Shown: in pieces, positions 25,519 through 39,460 of the stretch
Numbering within the stretch: the first letter of the stretch is position 1
How the letters are laid out: every line of letters begins with the position of its first letter
Assembly (NCBI RefSeq): GCF_009834535.1
Contig: NC_045697.1
Coordinates: 21,640,001-21,704,000, forward strand
DNA from: Camelus ferus
Lineage: Eukaryota
Length of the DNA stretch: 64,000 nucleotides
Direction of reading: 5' to 3'
Program-made: the position numbers and the translations under genes
Notes under the pieces: model-generated
What the model was told of the DNA's origin: nothing
What the model saw: only the letters and a program-made list of their open reading frames with translations
The model's database searches: none

Positions 25519-26647
25519 AACTCATTATTTTAAGGGAAAACTAGAGAGGGCAACACAGATTTCAGTTTAGTTTTGTTTTGTTAGATTAAATTTCCAGAGT
25601 ACTACCTCTAAAAAACCCTACACCAAAGTATACCAGAAGCATTAGCCAGGTGAGGAGTGGGAGTGACAGCATTCCAAACAGACGGAGGTGGCCACAAATG
25701 ATGGCAGTACTGGCTTCACTGTAACAACTTTCCATGGACACACTAAAGGATTTTTCTCCAGTATGTATAGGAATGATTTTTCCATGGAGTTTATGTGATA
25801 CAATATTCATAAGTCTTTCTTATTAAAATACATTATCATTGTAGGGAAAAAACTTGAAGCACATTCAAAAAACTGTAAAATAGGTTGCCCTTAGAAGACA
25901 TTTTTGGACTTTTAGAAATTATTTTAAAGTTGCAGTCTTTAAAATCCTCTTTTTTATGAATGTTTTAGTCACTGCGCATTAAATGACCAACTACCTTCTG
26001 GTTATAACTAACAAAACAGGGAATTAGAATTTTAAAAAATAACTTAACCCTCAATGACTTTTATAACTAAAGACACAATATGACAACTACTCATCTTGTT
26101 GAAGAACTGGCATGCTCTTTTTTAAAATTTACAAGAAAAATAATAGTCTCATTAGAGGCTGGACTTTGATACCTAGCCTGCTCCATGCTCAGTCCCAGCT
26201 GTTAATACACCTGCTGCTGTAAACTGAAGATTTAGAGTTAGGCATAGACATGATAAAATAAAACTTAGCCTGTGGTGCCCATAATGAGTAAGAAGTCCTT
26301 AGCCACATAATTCTGTTTACTGTTCAATAGTGTGAGTTAAAATCATCTTTTGTTCTAATTTCTATATGCATTCATCTCTGTTAAGGCCATCTAGCTGTCT
26401 TGTTCTCTTTTCTGTATTTGTCTTGGTTTTCTACTCTTTATATAAGCCAAAAATAAGTAATATCTTATGTGATCCTTGTACCTTCCTGCTTTTATGTTTC
26501 CATCCTCTACTGTGTAAATGAACTCTAGGCCATGCTAAGGAAATCTGAGTTCCAGAAACTGTAAACCAGAGGCACCTTCAATGTTTTCTAGGAGGTAATG
26601 TTGGTCCCTGATTTCTGTTGGGTCTATTTCAAAAACTATCTTAAAAA

Positions 26648-27554
26648 TAGTTGATTCTCATTATCTGCAGATTATATAATTGTGGATTTGCCTTCTGGAG
26701 AAAATTTATTTGTAGCCCCAAGATCAATTCTCAAGGACTTTCACAGATATTCACAAAGAGACGAAAAATTAGAGCCACCCATGTCCATAGCTGAGGTCAA
26801 ACAAGGCTAAGCTCTGCCTTCTTGTTTCAGGTCTCATCTTGTAAATGAGTATTTTTTTCAGCATCTGGTTAATGTCACATTTTTTGCATTCTGGTGCTTT
26901 TTGTCAGCAAATTTGTTGTTTAAAATGGCCCCCAAGGATAATGCTGAAGTGCTGTTTATTGTTTCTAAGCCCAAGAAGGCTGTGATGTGACTTCTGGAGA
27001 AAATACAAGTGATAAGATGCATTCAGGCATGAATTGTGCTATTTGAGTTCAATGTTAATGAATCAACAATATGGTGTATCTGGAGAAAGGAAGAGGACTT
27101 TAAATAAGACTGCTTTGAAAAGTGTTAAATTAACATGTATAGTTTCTGATGAAGCTATGGAAAAGATGGACACGTGGCTAAATTTGTGGATTCATGAGAT
27201 GATAACTGATTAAATAAGCGTAGCAGACAGCCCTGTGTGAGGTGAAAAGCCAAATATATTTGTGACCATGTTATCCAGGATCTGTTAAACTGTTAAACTC
27301 TTTTCAGCTAATGTTTCCTCACAAAGAAACACAGCACATAATTAATCATTTCTTTGAGATGTGTATTAGGTTGGGCATGTGTAACTAAAGCACACACAAG
27401 CAAGCTTATGTTTGATTGGTTGATGAACATCTGATGAGAGGCTCTCAAGAACCTAACCCTGTGTCTCCGCTAGGAACAGTGGCTCTGGATTCACTAAGTC
27501 AGCACTCGCTGATACTTAATAAACATAACTACCATGGAAAAAGAGGATTAACTG
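26648..27554 (+). mobile_element. MER82/Tigger17-like TcMar-Tigger element (~907 bp)
   Basis: TIR-like tagttgattctcattat... and ...gaggattaactg(ta), MER82-like body, and remnant transposase N-terminus (EFNVNESTI; EAMEKMDTWLNLWIHEM). Confidence 0.8.
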
Positions 27555-30500
27555 TATAGAAAATGTGGTCAATTTCATTTTTATGGACAGAAAATTTTAG
27601 TTTCTTTACAGTTTCTTCCCTAACACTCCTCTATATAATCAATATTCAAGTATGAAAGAATCTGAAATCATGTAACAGAAAACACAAGATATGAGATCAA
27701 ATGAAGTTTTACTCCGTGTTCGTAAAACAGGACTTCTAGAAATAGACGTCATTTGCGTGTCTTTAAACTTAGAGAAAATATATTTATCTGTAACAGTATT
27801 CATAGTTGACAGATAGTAAGATTTCCTTATTTAATAGATTATTTTACAACTCAGGAAATTCAAAAAGGAATATGATGTAAAAAATGATAAACTGAATAGA
27901 CATAAATATGAGAAAAAAATGGTATGAATGAAATGACACAGAAAAGTAATAGACCATTTCTTAAAACTAACTTGTTTGGATAAAAATGTGTGCTTATTTC
28001 AATTCATGAAAGCAAACATTTTAAACTCTATGAGAACATATACCTTGTACTTCTTTTTTTCATGGCCCACGTCACTATGCTAAATTTCATTCAGAACAAC
28101 AATACATGTATATACACATTTGAAGAAAGCCAAATAGTTTCCATCTAACTACTGCTTTCATTACCAACTTTCTTTTTCAATGGTAGTTCTTTGAATTCAA
28201 ATAAATTATTTTAAAATAGGTGGAAAATATATAAGCTATTTTCAGAGGTATTTAATGCTCATTTATATGAAGAAATCCTGTGCTTTGTAACTATGTTTTA
28301 GAAAAAACCAAAACGTAGCCTAAAAACAATAAGAAAACAATGTCAAATATTATTTTATGGAACCTAATGCATATTTTCCTGCCCTAACTCATGCTTAATA
28401 TGTTCTTCAACATATTTCTTTGGGGTCTGTTTCTCATATGAAATTTTGTAGAGATGAAAGGAGAAAGAATGACCTATATTGCTTTAAAGTGGTAACTCGT
28501 TTTTTTTAAATTTCAAAGTATGTATCTCTTTTACACAAAAATGTATGAAAATGATTTGCCTCCAGGCAGGGACATCATAAGTCAAGGTTTTGCCATTATG
28601 AAATTTTTTCTTTTGAGTTACAAACCTATACAAAAGCTATAAGCCCTGAAATGTGACAGACTTCATAAGTGTAGAACAGGTGGTGCTGTCATACTATAGC
28701 AGGCATTTTAGAAGGTACCGTAAAACTAAATTACAGACGCATGTTATTTTCAGTAAATACAATTTCAACAGGAACCATATCCAAAATAGTAATTTTAAAT
28801 AACTCAACTAAAAAACGTACAGCTGAATTTTGTCTCTCTTAAATAATCTTAGAAGAATAAATATTTCCAGAAGCAATACCCATGAGTAAACCTGCTATTA
28901 TGTCTGGATCACTCGATGGTACCCAAAAACTACATGAAAATGTTTCACAACTCCACTTTTTTTAATATGGCTAATGCACAAGTAAAAGGCTCCTATTTTT
29001 AAAATTTAATTTCAAGTTAATTAAAGTTAAACTCTTACCTTTAGTGAGGAATTTGTTCACTTTAGTATAACAAAATTAGTTATAAAGCTCCCCAAAATGG
29101 TTTATCTATCTTTGTAGTAATTTGTTTATTCACAAAAGCAGGTGTGTGTGTGTTTTCTCTAACACCTAGAGTACTGCAGAGTATAGGATACAACTTGAGA
29201 AGCTTTCACATAAAAATATTTGATACTTCCAAATGACCATAGAGTGTTTTTTTTCTAATTTTTTTTGTGAAATATTTGAATATAATACCTGAGGAAGTTA
29301 GGATGAGTTCATTCAAATAAATGTTTTTAGGAAAATCTGTATTGCAATTTCTTTTGTAAACATTTTGATTTCTTGGTATAAAAAGAAGGAAAAAAATGAA
29401 ATAAGATATCTAGTATGCATTTGGTGATGAAATTCCCAGTGTGTTGTATAAATATGGATATTGCCTCAAATTGCTTATAATTGAGAACTAGTACGGCTGG
29501 TAGTAACAGAAAAATGCTTGGCACAATATGTTAGTGTTCAGTCATCATAAATGATAAATGTTTCTGGTCAGCAAACTCTATGACCATGAGACTTCATTCA
29601 TTTCATGGCCTATACAAGTAACTTATAGCACAAACTCCATCTCAAAACACAAAGTGTCTAAAACTTATTCTGCTTTCAAGGCACCATTGGTACTGATTGA
29701 GATTAGGCTAATATCCATTTGTAACAGGAAACAAAATATTGAATACTATTTCTGAGTTATCAGTATTCACTGAACTAATTTCCAGAAATTTGCACATACA
29801 TGCTTCATACAAAAATGTGACAGTTTACTGGTAAATATGTAAAAGTATATGTTAACAATACTATTTTATAATTTTATCTGAGAAAGATTACATGTAAGAG
29901 TCTGCATTGATTTCATTAATTTAAATTGTATCTGAGGGAGATTTCAGAGTTAATGTTAATCTAAATACAGAGAATGTGTGATAATTTTTAGGATTCTGTA
30001 TTTACTGTTTGGTCTCAGATCAACTGGAAGTCCATGGAATGATGTGGGTTTTGAGTATGAAATTTAGGTGTCTGTTAAATTAGCCTTGAAATGAAATTGC
30101 AGACTCTGAGTACTAACATCTAACACTTTAGCCCTACACATTAACACAGATTCAACATTTTGAAGAAGGCTCAGTATTTTAATAAAGATCTTTATGCAGA
30201 GTGAGGAGACTGATCACTAACCAGAACTCAGGTTCTGTCAAAACTAACTTTTTCACACGTTGACGTTGCAGGCTCACTTGTAAACATCCCCACACCTAAC
30301 TTCATTTCTCTTTCTAAAACAATACATTCAGTATGCTGATGACTAGAGAGGGCCGTGTATTTTCAGATAAACAAAATTCTTCAAAAGGAAAATAAAAATA
30401 CCTGAAAATATGTTTTTGAAAAGAAGGAGAGTTAGTAATTACTCAGAAGAACAAGGGGAGAAAATCATGGAGAATATTTAAAGGTATCAAGATGACGGTT

Positions 30501-33500
30501 AAGGGGCTGAAACATTAGGGTATTTATTGTGATTTGAATTGTTTAACAATTAGAATATGTGACATGAAGTTCTGCTGATCTCCTCACCCTATTTCAGACC
30601 ACCAACTCCCTCACGTTCTCTTCCCGTGCTCTGCACAAAGGAAGTTCAGGGGCTGATCAACAGGTGTTCTTCCTCAGCAGATGGCCCTCCAGGTCACGCG
30701 ACACTGAGTCTCCTTAGTATAGGCACCTCCACTTTCTGCAAGAGATTATTACAGACCATCCCGCAGTGTGGGTAAGGAGCACCAGAGAAAACATGCACAC
30801 CTCAGTCTAAAGACTCTGTACACTGAAGTTTCTCCTTGACTTTCTCTGCTCTGCTTAAACAGGCAGGGAGGAAATGGAGGTGGGGCACGGGGGAAGATGC
30901 TAATGTGGACCTTTTTGCCCTCTCTTTGCAAGGCCGATGGCAATTCCTTTTAGGACACAGCAGGTACTAATGAGCTACGTTGTTTAGCTTTGGAGCGTTG
31001 GCCTCAATTGCAAGGCAACACCTGTCACGTTCCCCAGCACCTGGAAACTAATGACTGACAGTTAACTTGAGATGAAACAAATACCCTTTATCATCTCACA
31101 GTGTATTAATATTTCTAATACTCTCATTCGGGGACAATTAGTTCAGGTTAATGTGTTGCTCACTTATTCCTAAAGATTTTTCTGTAAGTGGTAGGTATCA
31201 CAGTACAATTTTTAAATGATTGCAAATTTTGTGACGTGAAGGGTTTTTCCAGGCATCCAGGAACTATGAGACTTTTTACAGAATTGACCCAGAACTTTCA
31301 CACCTCAGATTACTCTGCAATTCAAAGACTGTGATTCTTGTCACAAGAAAATTTCACTTGTATACAAGCACTTTAAGATGTATTTTCCTAAGAAACAACC
31401 ATAGAAAGTTCCTTGAGAATAAGTCAGATCATACTTACAGAGGATTTGATTTGGAAAGCTGAACAGTCTACTGTTGCTTAATTAAATCCATATTAAGCGA
31501 TACGGTCACTTCTTGATGAGAAAAATTAAACTCAGCATCAGGTATACACTGTATTTTTTTAACAAAAAGCTTTGAAAACTGATTATTGTGTTTCAGTTTG
31601 TTCTCTCTGAACAAAGTTAATCTCCCAAGTTCTGTATGAGTAAACAATAAAAAATACAGCAAGTGTAATATTTTAATACAGTACTTAAATTGACCAGTAC
31701 TTCTGACTATTCCAGTTTCCTAATGCAATTAAAAGACTGTATATTGATATTGTCATCTTCAGTTATATACAAACTATAGCAGCAATATTCACCGTAAGAA
31801 AATAAACATCACATTAAACTCCCAAAGCAGTGACGATTTAGTCAGATTATAAAATTGTACAGGAGCAAGTTTTCAGATATTGCCTGTGTTGATAAGCTCA
31901 TGTGGAGTTAAACTTTCTTATAATTGTATCAACTCACTATACTTCAACCATTACTGTCTAATATAAAAGATTTCCAAGAAGATTGAGCCTTATTTATAAA
32001 TATGAGTATACACAAAGAAAAATATAAATTCCCTATGATAGAACACACTGCAGTTAATAATAATATATATACATTATGTCTGTTTTTAGTATGTGCACAA
32101 TCCCAGCCATTAAAGAGTTACAATGTCTCAGAAAAAAGTGAATATTTCAAATTCTAAATAAATTTGATTTGTCATGTTTTCACTAGAAAACAAACGCATT
32201 TTGCTGTGAATTTATTACAAGAGCACAGCCTATTTGTTTTCAAGTTCATTTCCCCTGGGATAAAGTGGCAGTAAATGGATAATCCATGGCTTGATTTCGC
32301 ACAGTTAGGCATCCCAGCATGCACCAGAAAGAGAGCAAATGAAAGAACTGGGACATTTATAAGAAAGCTCCCTGCAGACTCATTATTGGCAGTGCCATGA
32401 ACCATTACAAACCCACAGCCCTGAGAGCTCCAAAATGCATGCTGTGGTATACCACATTCATTGAAATATAGAATAATATATTTTCTAACTCTTTAATTTA
32501 TATTTAACCTTTCATTTCTACAGCTAGAGTAATTGAGTTTCACATGTAAACAAAATTTAGATATTTATTATATTTTTGTAAACTAAATCTAGTTGGAAAC
32601 ATGTAATACACACATATATGAATAATTGAAACTTTTAAGAGCCTTCTTATTCCTCCTAATACCATAATATCTGGTACTTCCAGTTTCCAAAAGCACATTT
32701 AATATAAATTTTGGTTTTATTTTTTTTAAAGTCAAAGTAAAATGTTACCAAATTTTATATAATAATCAAAAAGTACATACATTCTATCTTTTTTCACAAC
32801 AAAATATAATTGATGTTAATATGCAGAAACTCAGTTCAGAGCAAAATCATTGTCACTTGTCAGTTCTCCCGGCCAAATAACATACATTTAATTATTTCAC
32901 TTGAGGAAAAAAATCTCATAAAACATAATGCAAAAACGTTGGAGCACCAAAAAAAATCTGACACTCATTTTGATACATAACTACCATAAATATGGAAATA
33001 GTGCATGGGGATTATGCTTTTTACAATGATAACACAACTATAACTACCTGCAGGGTCAAAAAATTAAGATTTGGCATGGTTGATAGTTTATAGCTATCCC
33101 TAAAATAAACTGAAAAGCCAGAAGAAACCAACAACTTGAATATTAGAAGAAAGAACAATTTACAACATACACCTACTTATTACCAAGAGATGTCAGAAAA
33201 CAGATCCACAGATAGATAAGATGACTGTGTGGGTCAGTGTAGATAATCCAAACACTGAGTTCTACAGCTTTTTATGCATATATCTCAGCTCCAGTTTTAA
33301 GACTAAATTCACCATGGGTAAGTTCTTCCTCTGTTGATAACTATAACATTAACAATAATAATCATATCTGCCTTTTAAAAATTATCCATAATGTACCAGG
33401 CATTAACTGAGGACTTTTATATAATTAGATAAGTATTCAATATAAATCATTTTAATTTTAAGTCATACAGTTTATACGTTGAAGAATGCTTACTTGATAA

Positions 33501-35974
33501 CTGTTTTTTTTCACATTACTCTGTTAAGAAGGTTAACAGAGTTTTGATAAGTAAAGGAAATACTGGGACACGTTAGCAGATGCAGACTTATTGCCTAGAA
33601 GGTATTTTGAACATTATGAATCTCACTTCATGGTGAATGTGTGAAAAAACATTTTCAACATTGAAAATAGTCATATACACACAAAAAAATTCCAGAGTCT
33701 AGATCATCAGTTGGTGGCATATGGCTAGCTCAGCAAATATAGCTGTTGAGATAGTTTTTAGTAAAGACACTCTGGAAAATCTATGGATAAATGCAAGGAT
33801 TTATTTCGAGGGAAAAAATTACCAGCCAGCAATGTTGGATTTTTTACGGCTTTTTCATCCTCCAGCTGGTTATGTTCATTTTCTGCATCTTCTTTTAGGG
33901 ACATCTTTCTAACCAACTTGTTCACTCCCCTAATGCACTCTCTCACTCTCCTATAGTGGGAGTTCCCTCTTCTGGAATCTCTTCTAAGACGTTAACCAGT
34001 GGCTAAAGATTTATCTCACTGATAAACTAAGTTAGCCTGGAGTGATAGTTTTAATATAAGCGTCACCTAATTTTTACCTATTCAAATATTTTATTGACCA
34101 AAGGATTGGATTAGGAATGAGGTTTCATAATGAGTCTTACAAATCCTTCCCCCCACTGCCTTCGCCCCAAACTTACCTCATATGCCCTCTGCAAGGGCCG
34201 TGCTGGCTGCTTCTTCCTGGAACATGCCAGCCACGCTGGATTTTAAAATCCTGATATTTGTTTTTCTTTTTGCCTGGGATACATTTCCTCGATACAGTCA
34301 CACTCCTTAGGTTTTATTCATGAGTCACTTAGGTGTCCCTCCTGACCAGTTCTGGCAACTGAGATAGGTACGTGATTGTACGTTTAAAGCTTTCTACAAC
34401 AAGCTTTCTGCATTTCTGCTTGAAATATCTATTTCTATCACTTTTAATCCCAACTGAAACAAATTGGAGGGTAGTACCTCTGATAAATAAATAAAAACCT
34501 AACTACCTCCACCCTCCTCCCCAAATATATATATGTTAAAAAAGAAAGAAATTGGGGTAAATCACTTCGTAGAAATTTTCTGTTTTGTATTTCAATTAGA
34601 AAATTTCTTAATTTCCATTGATATTCTGATAAAAATTATTGCTCACTATCAATCAAATATTTCCACATCTTTAATTATCCTATTGATAAAAAGTACTGCA
34701 CCCCAATTCAACCAGCTTTTAATCTCCTTTATGGCAAGGATCATGACCACTTTCTTTTTCCTTGTATGTCTATGTATTCCACCCATTACTCTCTTCTCTG
34801 TGCTGGGTTTGGGGTGTACAGGCATGGTGAGTGGACCAGTGCTTTTGAAGAAGGCTGTGTTTATAGAAATAGATTTGTGTTTGTAGTACAACTCTCAGCT
34901 CAAAAATAATTAAATGCTATATAGCATACAAACTGCAGGTTACATAGCTGTTAGTAAGGACATTACCATTTCTTTATTTGATAAATATCACTTTGAAATT
35001 TTGAACATATATATGTGGAGACTGAGCCTTTGATTAAAGCTTGAGTGCCCAAACTACTTTGTTTTAATCTGAAATCACTTAAGCATAGCTTTTATGCCTT
35101 TACAATTTCTAGTGTGCACAGTGAAGAAAATAAAAAGAACCCTGCACAGTTTTAACATGTAAATCAAGTCAACCTAGCCTATCCCTGACTAACCAGAAGC
35201 TAATGAAATGAAGCACACTGATATCCTAATGACTCCTACCAAGCCCTGAGGCAAGTTACGTCTTTTGGTCAGAATTCAAAGACATTGCATAAGACTTATA
35301 TCTAAGCTAAATTTTGTTTAGAAGTGTTAAAAAAGCAGTTGCTCAAAATTCACCTTAAAAGAAAAATTTACAAATTGAGGAAACTGGATCAGAATGATCT
35401 ACTTTCACACAGCCTTGCTGTTTCCGTATTGTTTGTAACTTTCTGGCAGGAGTCATTTTATGACTTAGTGTCTGTTTATAGAAAATTAGAAGGAACCTCC
35501 ATCACCTGTGTCTATTCTCTTAGAAGCTTGACTAAAGGAGAAAATACTGGAAACCCCTGTGGCCTGGGCTCAGTAGAGTCATCATTAGTTGATTGCGCAG
35601 CTAAGGAGTTTTACATTCATCTAATTTTAAAACATGTAAATAATGCCCATTATGTGACAGACACTCAGTATCTGAGTATGAGGTCTTAAAGATAAGTATC
35701 ATCAAAGACCCTCACAGAGAATTCCCTCTCATGCAAATTCACACTCAAAAAAAACTACAGGATGTATTAGTTCCTACTATGTCTTTAGATCATACATATT
35801 AATTATATTAACTTCTTCCCTTTACTGTAAACTCAAAACTAAAGTCATACATTTCATGTTTTACACATTCATATAAATTAAATTATATTATTACTATAAG
35901 ATACACCTAAGAAAATATGTAAACACCTCAGTATTGTGTCATTAAATAAAACTGTATTTAAAAGGTTTATCAAG

Positions 35975-36497
35975 ATGGAAATGGTCTAAATGTCCATCAA
36001 CAGATGACTGGATAAAGAAGATGTGATATATTTATACAATGGAATACTGCTCAGCCATAAAAACCAACAACATAATGCCATTTGCAGCAACATGGATGTT
36101 CTTGGAGAATGTCATTCTAAGTGAAGTAAGCCAGAAAGAGAAAGAAAAATACCATATGAGATCGCTCATACGTGGCATCTGGAAAAACAAAAAAAAAAGA
36201 ACATAAATACAAACCAGAAACAGACTCATAGACATAGAATAGAAACTTGTGGTTGTCAAGAGGCAGGGGATGGGAAGGAACAGAATGGGATTTCAAAATT
36301 TGTAGAAACTGACAGGCATATGTATAATAGATAAACAGGATTACACTGTATAGCACAGTGAAAAAAAAATGTGACAGTGAATATATGTATGTTCATGTAT
36401 AACTGAAAAATTGTGTTCTACACTGGAATTAGACACAACATTGTAAAATGACTATAACTCAATTAAATGTTAAAAATAAATAAATAAATAAATAAAT
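35975..36497 (+). mobile_element. Young camelid L1 3' end
   Basis: ORF2 C-terminal remnant (aaatgtccatcaacagatgactggataaagaagatgtg), 3' UTR and (AAAT)n tail. TSD gtttatcaag (35965-35974, 36498-36507). Confidence 0.92.
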
Positions 36498-36689
36498 GTT
36501 TATCAAGGTTTATTTTCAATAATTTTTTTTATTTACTGATTTATTAATGCTTAATTGTTGTTACCTAACTTTTTTTCATTAAGAGACTATTTAAAAAAGA
36601 AAAATGTTAAGATTTTATTAGAAAAATAAGTAAATTCTCATCAGGCTATTTCTTCATGTTTCCATTTGGTCATAAAACACCTCTGGCTG

Positions 36690-37440
36690 GAGAATTTCTG
36701 TCTTTTTCTTCAGAGATAGGGATAATAAAACAGAAATCAAGAAAGGTAATGAAAACCTGTAGACTTGGACAAGGGTATCTCCATGCAGAATACTGAAAAT
36801 GTGAGGTGTTTACTTGCATATATTTAACTACTACTACTACTACAAAAAAAGATGAGCCTAAAAAACAAACAAACAAAACAGGGAATTTATATTCAGAATT
36901 TAGAGGATTAGGACTTTCTAACTTAGGAAACAAATCTATTTCTTACCTCTAACTTCCCTAGCCAGTAGAAGATTCTCAGTTTAGGACACAGCTCAAGGCC
37001 AAAGAAAATTCAGATAAGACACAGACTCAGAATAAAGGTCAAATCTGTAATATGGCTGCAACACTGTTATGACCTCTGAAAAGAACATGGTTGTGTGGTC
37101 TAGAAAAACTTACAAGTTAGAAAATGGGTTCTAGAAAGCATAAGGGAAAGATGTTTGCTATGTTCAAAGCATCAGTAATCAACTCAAGAGAAAAGACCGT
37201 CTTAAAAATGTGTGGTGTAGCTGTTTGCAGAGATAGTAGCTACAAACTGGAATCAAATACATAGAAAGCCTAAAATGTGTTTGAGAGAGCTTTATTAGTA
37301 AGAGTACTGTCAGTCTGCACTGCCTGAAATTCAGACTTTATAAAAAGACTTTTAGGACACTAACCTTCCAGAGGCAATGAGATTTGATCAGCTGCCAAAA
37401 GAACATATATATCAATGCTCTTTTCTGAATTAGCCAGGGT
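36690..37440 (+). mobile_element. Probable MaLR internal (MLT1-int-like) fragment
   Basis: Purine-rich degenerate sequence resembling old MLT1-int (agccagtagaagattctcag...tatggctgcaacactgttatgacctctgaa). Confidence 0.35.
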
Positions 37441-37449
37441 GAAGGGCAG

Positions 37450-37806
37450 AAAAAGAAAAACAAATACTGCATGATATCACTTATATATGGAATCTAAAAC
37501 TTACAACAACTAGTGAATATAGCAAAAAAGAAGCAGACTCACAGATATGGAGAACAAACTAACAGTTACCAGTGGTAAGAGGGAAGGGGCAATTACAGTG
37601 GTAGGGAAGTAAGAGGTACAAACTATTCTGTATAAAATAAGCTACAAGGATATATTGTATAACACAAGGGATTATAAACAATATTTTATAGTAACTATAA
37701 ATGACGTATAAACTTTAATAACTGTGAATCACTATATTGTATACCTACAACTGATATACTATTGTACATCAACCATCTTTCAATTAAAAAAAAAGAAAAA
37801 GAAAAA
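37450..37806 (+). mobile_element. L1MA9-like 3' end
   Basis: caaatactgcatgatatcacttatatatggaatctaaa...gcagactcacagatatggagaacaaacta...ttgtacatcaaccatctttcaattaaaaaa. Confidence 0.85.
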
Positions 37807-38394
37807 GGTTCTAGAGTGTGTAACTCACATCTAAGCAAACAAAAGTCTGGGAAACCCTCTCAGGGAGCAGAACCAGGATCTACTTAAGGAGCACCCTTTA
37901 CCCAACAAGTGTGTGGAATTGGCAAAAAATGCCCAGTGGAATATCAAAGTTCACATGTACCAATGGGTATATTTATCGACAGACAGTACCGTTTCCACTG
38001 AGACATTAAAACTCATTTCAAGGGGAAATCATCAGATATGCAAAAAGTGTCATGTGACATGTTACAACAACAGTGCCCTGTAAACTAATGGAGGCAAAGA
38101 AGGAAGGAAAGATGAGAAAGCAATGACAAGGGAAGTCTATCCTGCAGTATGCAGGCCCAGGAATGGCTGTGTAGGACCTCATCCACTAGGCTGAACCAGA
38201 ATTGCTGTGAACAGTTGGCCAAGAAAAACTAGTGAAAGATAAGGAAAGAGAGCAAGTTAGAAATGAAGCAAGGAAAGGAAGGCAAAAAACTAAGGGCACA
38301 ACTATTAAACACTTAATATATGAAACCTACATGCTCAGTTTTCAATACAGAGTTATACATAGGTATCAAATGTCCCGAGTCACATGGTATATAT

Positions 38395-38765
38395 CACTTA
38401 TATATGCCAGACACTTATGTTCTAGGTACATTACAAATATTAAATCAATTAATAATTACAACAATTATTTGAGGAAGGACCTGTGTAATCCCCATTTTTC
38501 AGAGGAGAACCTGATGCCAGAGAGGCTTATTAACTTTTTGATGTTCACTCAGCTAGTAAATGACAAAGCTGCTATATGAGCACATCATCTTATTTTATCT
38601 TCTCCATTATCCTGTGCCAAAATGTATTACTATTGTTTTACAGTTAAGAAAACTGATGCCCAGGGAATTTAAATAATTTATGTGAGGAGATAACTAGAAT
38701 TCATTGTAACTTATATTTGAAGCCAAGTATAGCTAGCTCAGGTACCAATGCTCTCACCACTACAT
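38395..38765 (-). mobile_element. Two adjacent MIR fragments
   Basis: atatgccagacacttatgttctagg...cccatttttcagaggagaacctgatgccagagagg, and ttttacagttaagaaaactgatgcccaggga. Confidence 0.6.
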
Positions 38766-38861
38766 CACTTTCTCTTTGCTTATATAAAGAAAAGAATCAG
38801 ACAGTGTGTGAGGGAGTGAGAAATGAGTCAAATATAAGGACTACGCTTTACTGAGCAAGAA

Positions 38862-39116
38862 GTGCAGAACCACAAAGAACAAACTAGAGGTTACCAGTGG
38901 GGAGAGGAAAGGAGAGAAGGGTATTGCAGTCGTAGGCGAGAAAGGGTAATGAACTATTAGGTATAAATGAAGCTATAAGGATATATTGTACAATGGGACT
39001 ATAGCCAATGTTGAATAATAATATAAATGGAGCAAAACCTGTAAAAATTGTGAATCACTATATTGTACACCTGTAACTTATACAGTAAAAATTTAAAAAG
39101 AAAAAAAAGAAAGAAA
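38862..39116 (+). mobile_element. L1MA9-like 3' end
   Basis: gaacaaactagaggttaccagtggggagagg...tgtgaatcactatattgtacacctgtaactta plus A-rich tail. Confidence 0.8.
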
Positions 39117-39460
39117 TAGGAAGTATTTAGGCAAGTCTTAGACATCCAATTTTTGTTAAATAAATCAAATTATAGTTTAAAAAAGAAATTAAGAAACTTT
39201 ATAACCTCGATATCCAGGTAATATAATGAATTTTTTGTAAAAGTCAGTCTCATTAGCACAAAATGATGTTAACTTCAAGCACATGGGAGGGGTGGGATGA
39301 GAAAAATATGACATTAGACACTTGAGATAATGAAAAAGCAACTGCAAATGCCAAAATTCTATTAAGAACCAGGACATATCTTGCGTAGGTTGAGTTTTTG
39401 TTAATAAGAACCATTCAATTTCTTAAGAGGTTAAGCAAAAGTGTGTGTGGTAGCCATGAA

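Noticed and set aside
34533..35689. Longest ORFs of the track (117 aa and 121 aa)
   Set aside because: No recognisable domain, composition typical of AT-rich non-coding DNA, and no supporting splice or promoter context.
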